11,021 bases of DNA from Pseudomonadota bacterium (GTDB lineage Bacteria > Bdellovibrionota_G > JALEGL01 > DATDPG01). Below are positions 8,564 to 11,021 of this stretch, piece after piece. Where the stretch lies: the NCBI GenBank assembly GCA_043804515.1, contig JAZDIZ010000124.1, forward strand, positions 1 to 11,021, in the 5' to 3' direction. Each line of letters starts with the position of its first letter. The stretch's first letter is position 1. The notes beneath the pieces were generated by a model, which was not told where the DNA came from, did not search any database, and saw only the letters and a program-made list of their open reading frames with translations. The translations under genes and the position numbers were made by a program.

Positions 8564-8579
8564 TCAAGTAGCATGCCAA
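8564..8579 (-). promoter_or_regulatory. Putative sigma54 (-24/-12) promoter of the leftward operon
   Basis: Minus strand reads TTGGCATGCTACTTGA versus consensus TGGCACG-N4-TTGC. GG-N10-G spacing is correct, with A instead of C at -12. An AT-rich tract lies just upstream. Confidence 0.55.
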
Positions 8580-8744
8580 TCATCAAAGGATGAAAAACAA
8601 ATGAATTCAGATTATTACGACCGTCAAAAAGAGGGGGTTCTCAATACGTAAACTAAAGTTCCTGCCTTTATTGCGGGGTTGAAAGACCCTTCCCTGAATA
8701 CTTCGCGAGCGTCTTGGTCCCTATTTCGGGCGGACGAGCGTGGA

Positions 8745-8764
8745 GAACTAATGGGAACTAATGG
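8745..8764. repeat. Perfect 10-bp tandem duplication GAACTAATGG x2
   Basis: Seen directly at 8745-8754 and 8755-8764; CTAATGG recurs at 8884-8890. Confidence 0.85.
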
Positions 8765-8782
8765 GGACGGAGGCGATCAGAA

Positions 8783-8900
8783 CTACAGCCTTCGCTTCGC
8801 TCAGTGAGCCAAATCTGCCGGTGAAGGATGGCTTGCCTAGCCGTAGGTCAAGTTTGGAAAGAAGGAGTCCGCCTTCGCCAGGGCTAATGGACGGCGCACC
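8783..8900. repeat. Degenerate palindromic (REP-like) intergenic element
   Basis: GCCTTCGC occurs at 8788 and 8871. CAGCCTTCGC (8786-8795) can pair imperfectly with GTGAAGGATG (8821-8830). Inner hairpin GCTC-AGT-GAGC. CTACAGC (8783) and GCCGTAG (8840) are near-inverted. GAAGG/CCTTC stem at 8861-8876. Confidence 0.4.
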
Positions 8901-8926
8901 TAACCTCGTGTAGAAGACCGTCCCTT

Positions 8927-10216
8927 ATGAAAGTCTCCGTTGATTCGCTCTCGTCCATAAAGAAGAAACTTTCGATCAACGTCCCAGAAGAAGACGTCTT
9001 GAAACAGTTTGAGGACGCCTACGCCCGCCTGGCCCGCAACGCCCAGGTCCCGGGGTTCCGCAAGGGGAAGGTGCCTCGTGCGCTTCTGGAGCAGAGATAC
9101 GCGGCGAGCGTGGAGACGCAGGTTTACGAGGATCTCGTGCGCGAGACGATCGTTGCGGCCCTTAAGGATCATGAGCTGGATGCGGTCTAGATTCCGGAGA
9201 TCACGGAACCGAAGCGCGAGAAAGGAACCGGATTTTCCTACACAGCTTCAGTAGAGGTCAGGCCGAAGTTCGAGCCAAAAGACTATAAGGGCATCGCCAT
9301 CACCAAGCCCTCGACGGAACTGAAGCAGGAGCAGATCCAGGAGGTCCTTTCCAAACTCCAGGACGCCCAATCGGTCCTGAAGGAGCGCGAAGGCGCCAAA
9401 AAGCCGGTGAAGGGGGATTTCGTGGCGCTCACGATCCAGGGGACCGACGACACGGGAAATCTCACGGCTCCGGATGCCGAGCCGAAGGAGCAGGTCTATG
9501 AGATCGGCGGGAAGATCCTTCATGCCGACGTTGAAAAAGCCGTCCTGAAACTGGGAACCGGCGAATCGGCCCCCGTCACGGTCCAGGGAAAAGTGGCCAA
9601 AGAGGGTGATCCGGACAAAACCGAAGAGAAGGAATTTCACGTCCGGGTGACGCTCAAAGGGATCAAAGAAAAGGTGCTCCCGGCGCTGACGGACGAATTC
9701 GCCAAATCGGTCGGCCCCTTCGAAAACATGGCGGCGCTCCGCTCCCGGATCGAGGAGGATCTGAAAAAAGAGGCGGAGGATAACGCCCGGGGAGAAATGG
9801 CGCGCAAGATCCTGGAATCACTGGTGAAGAATAATCCGATCGAGCTCCCCCCTTCCCTCGTGGACCAGGAGGTGCATCAGATCATCCACGGTTTTTGGAG
9901 CCAGTTGGAGCGCGCTGGGATGAAGGAGATTCCGGAGGAATACTCCGAGGAAAAGATGCACGACAAGGTCTTGCCGGACGCTCAACGCCGCGTGCACGAG
10001 CAGTTGCTTGTTGAAGCCGTGGCTCAGAAGGAAAATATCAAATTAGAGGAAGCTGAGGTCACGAAACGGATCGCGGATTTGGCCGGTGCCGCCAAAGTCC
10101 CGGTCGCGGAATTCCGAGCCTTCTACGAGAAAACGAACCGGATCGACGGGCTTCGGTTCAATCTGCTGGCCCAAAAAACCCTTGATTTTCTGCTTTCAGT
10201 GGCTACTATTAAATAG
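8927..10216 (+). pseudogene. tig: Trigger factor interrupted by one in-frame TAG (9188-9190); nonsense allele, sequencing error or readthrough
   Basis: Ribosome-binding signature VPGFRKGKVP. The same frame continues after TAG as IPEITEPKREKGTGFSYTASVEVRPKFEPKDYKGIAI and joins the 9407-10216 ORF (EKVLPALTDEFAK, IELPPSLVDQE, KTLDFLL). 429 codons before the final stop, which is normal TF length. Canonical position upstream of clpP-clpX. Confidence 0.93.
10182..10209 (+). promoter_or_regulatory. Putative sigma70 promoter for clpPX inside the tig 3' end
   Basis: TTGATT-16 nt-TACTAT about 40 nt upstream of the clpP start, in a locally AT-rich stretch. Confidence 0.45.
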
Positions 10217-10250
10217 TTAATATTCCATCCTTTTTTCAAATGAGGGGTTG

Positions 10251-10877
10251 ATGAATCTGATACCCATGGTCGTGGAGCAGACTCACCGGGGTGAGCGATC
10301 GTACGACATCTACAGCCGCCTGCTGAAGGACCGGATCATCTTTCTGGGGGCCACCATCGACGACGACGTCGCCAATCTCATCATCGCCCAGCTCCTGTTC
10401 CTCGAATCGGACGATCCGGAGAAGGACATCAGCCTTTACATCAACTCGTCGGGCGGTTCCGTGTACGCGGGGCTCGCGATTTACGATACGATGCTTCACG
10501 TCCACGCGCCGGTTTCCACGGTGTGCGTGGGCATGGCGGCTTCGATGTCCGCCGTTCTCCTGGCCGCAGGGGAGAAAGGGAAGCGCAGCGCCCTCCCCCA
10601 TTCCCGGATCTTGATCCACCAACCTTTGGGAGGATTCAAGGGGCAAGCGACCGACATCGACATCCAAGCCCGCGAGATCCTGAACATGAGGGAGGATTTG
10701 AATAAAATCCTCGCCAAACATTCGAAGCAACCCATTGAAAAGATTAAAAAGGACACGGACCGGGACTATTATATGAATCCCGACGAGGCGCGCGAATACG
10801 GAATCATTGATACAATACTCCTCAAAGGGAAACTCCAGCCCACCCCGATGGCGGCCACCACAACGAAGCGACCCTGA
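10251..10877 (+). CDS. clpP: ATP-dependent Clp protease proteolytic subunit
   Basis: [31 protein letters not shown]; catalytic triad motifs [29 protein letters not shown] at 10242-10247 favours ATG 10251 over TTG 10248. Confidence 0.98.
   Translation: MNLIPMVVEQTHRGERSYDIYSRLLKDRIIFLGATIDDDVANLIIAQLLFLESDDPEKDISLYINSSGGSVYAGLAIYDTMLHVHAPVSTVCVGMAASMSAVLLAAGEKGKRSALPHSRILIHQPLGGFKGQATDIDIQAREILNMREDLNKILAKHSKQPIEKIKKDTDRDYYMNPDEAREYGIIDTILLKGKLQPTPMAATTTKRP
10808..10816 (+). promoter_or_regulatory. Possible extended -10 promoter for clpX within clpP
   Basis: TG-A-TACAAT about 76 nt upstream of the clpX ATG; no -35 seen. Confidence 0.25.
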
Positions 10878-10892
10878 CCAAAGCGAGGATTG

Positions 10893-11021
10893 ATGAATCG
10901 AAAGGGCACTGAAGGAGGCGCGAACAACCTGAGTTGTTCCTTCTGCGGCAAGAGCCAGAAGGAAGTGAAGAAGCTGATCGCCGGCCCCACCGTTTATATC
11001 TGCGACGAATGCATCGAGCTG
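10893..11021 (+). CDS. clpX: ATP-dependent Clp protease ATP-binding subunit ClpX (N-terminal part, truncated by window edge)
   Basis: [43 protein letters not shown] is the ClpX C4 zinc-binding domain. SD GAGGA upstream; follows clpP. Confidence 0.97.
   Translation, partial: MNRKGTEGGANNLSCSFCGKSQKEVKKLIAGPTVYICDECIEL

Noticed and set aside
8439..8651. 70-aa plus ORF and other short ORFs within tig/clpP
   Set aside because: They overlap well-supported genes or the promoter and show no coding signature.
8580..8926. tRNA, riboswitch or CRISPR array in the intergenic region
   Set aside because: No cloverleaf or T-loop GTTCRA motif. The GAAA hairpin lacks c-di-GMP-I flanking motifs. The repeats are too short and have no spacers.
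8927..10216. Two separate genes (87 aa + 269 aa), or genome-wide TAG reassignment
   Set aside because: The intervening in-frame sequence is TF-like, and GTG 9407 has no SD. TAG ends tig at the expected place, and no other gene here contains an internal TAG.

Overview
GC-rich bacterial window with two divergent blocks. Left (minus strand) is a tightly coupled operon of at least three exported, Cys-rich proteins behind a sigma54-like promoter. (i) A ~296-aa putative lipoprotein with a disintegrin-like Cys domain, a Thr-Pro linker and an InlB-B-like repeat domain. (ii) A ~2185-aa signal-peptide RHS/YD protein with TcB-TcC-fusion architecture (SpvB-like N-terminus, 7 FG-GAP repeats, RHS core); its post-core cargo looks like an FN3-like domain plus a T9SS-type sorting tail rather than a recognisable toxin. 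(iii) An RCC1-repeat putative lipoprotein that runs off the left edge and is missing from the ORF track. Right (plus strand) is the housekeeping tig-clpP-clpX cluster, which looks deltaproteobacterial in the broad sense. Here tig carries a single in-frame TAG at codon 88 and a degenerate FKBP domain. All domain calls come from motif recognition by eye; no searches were run.
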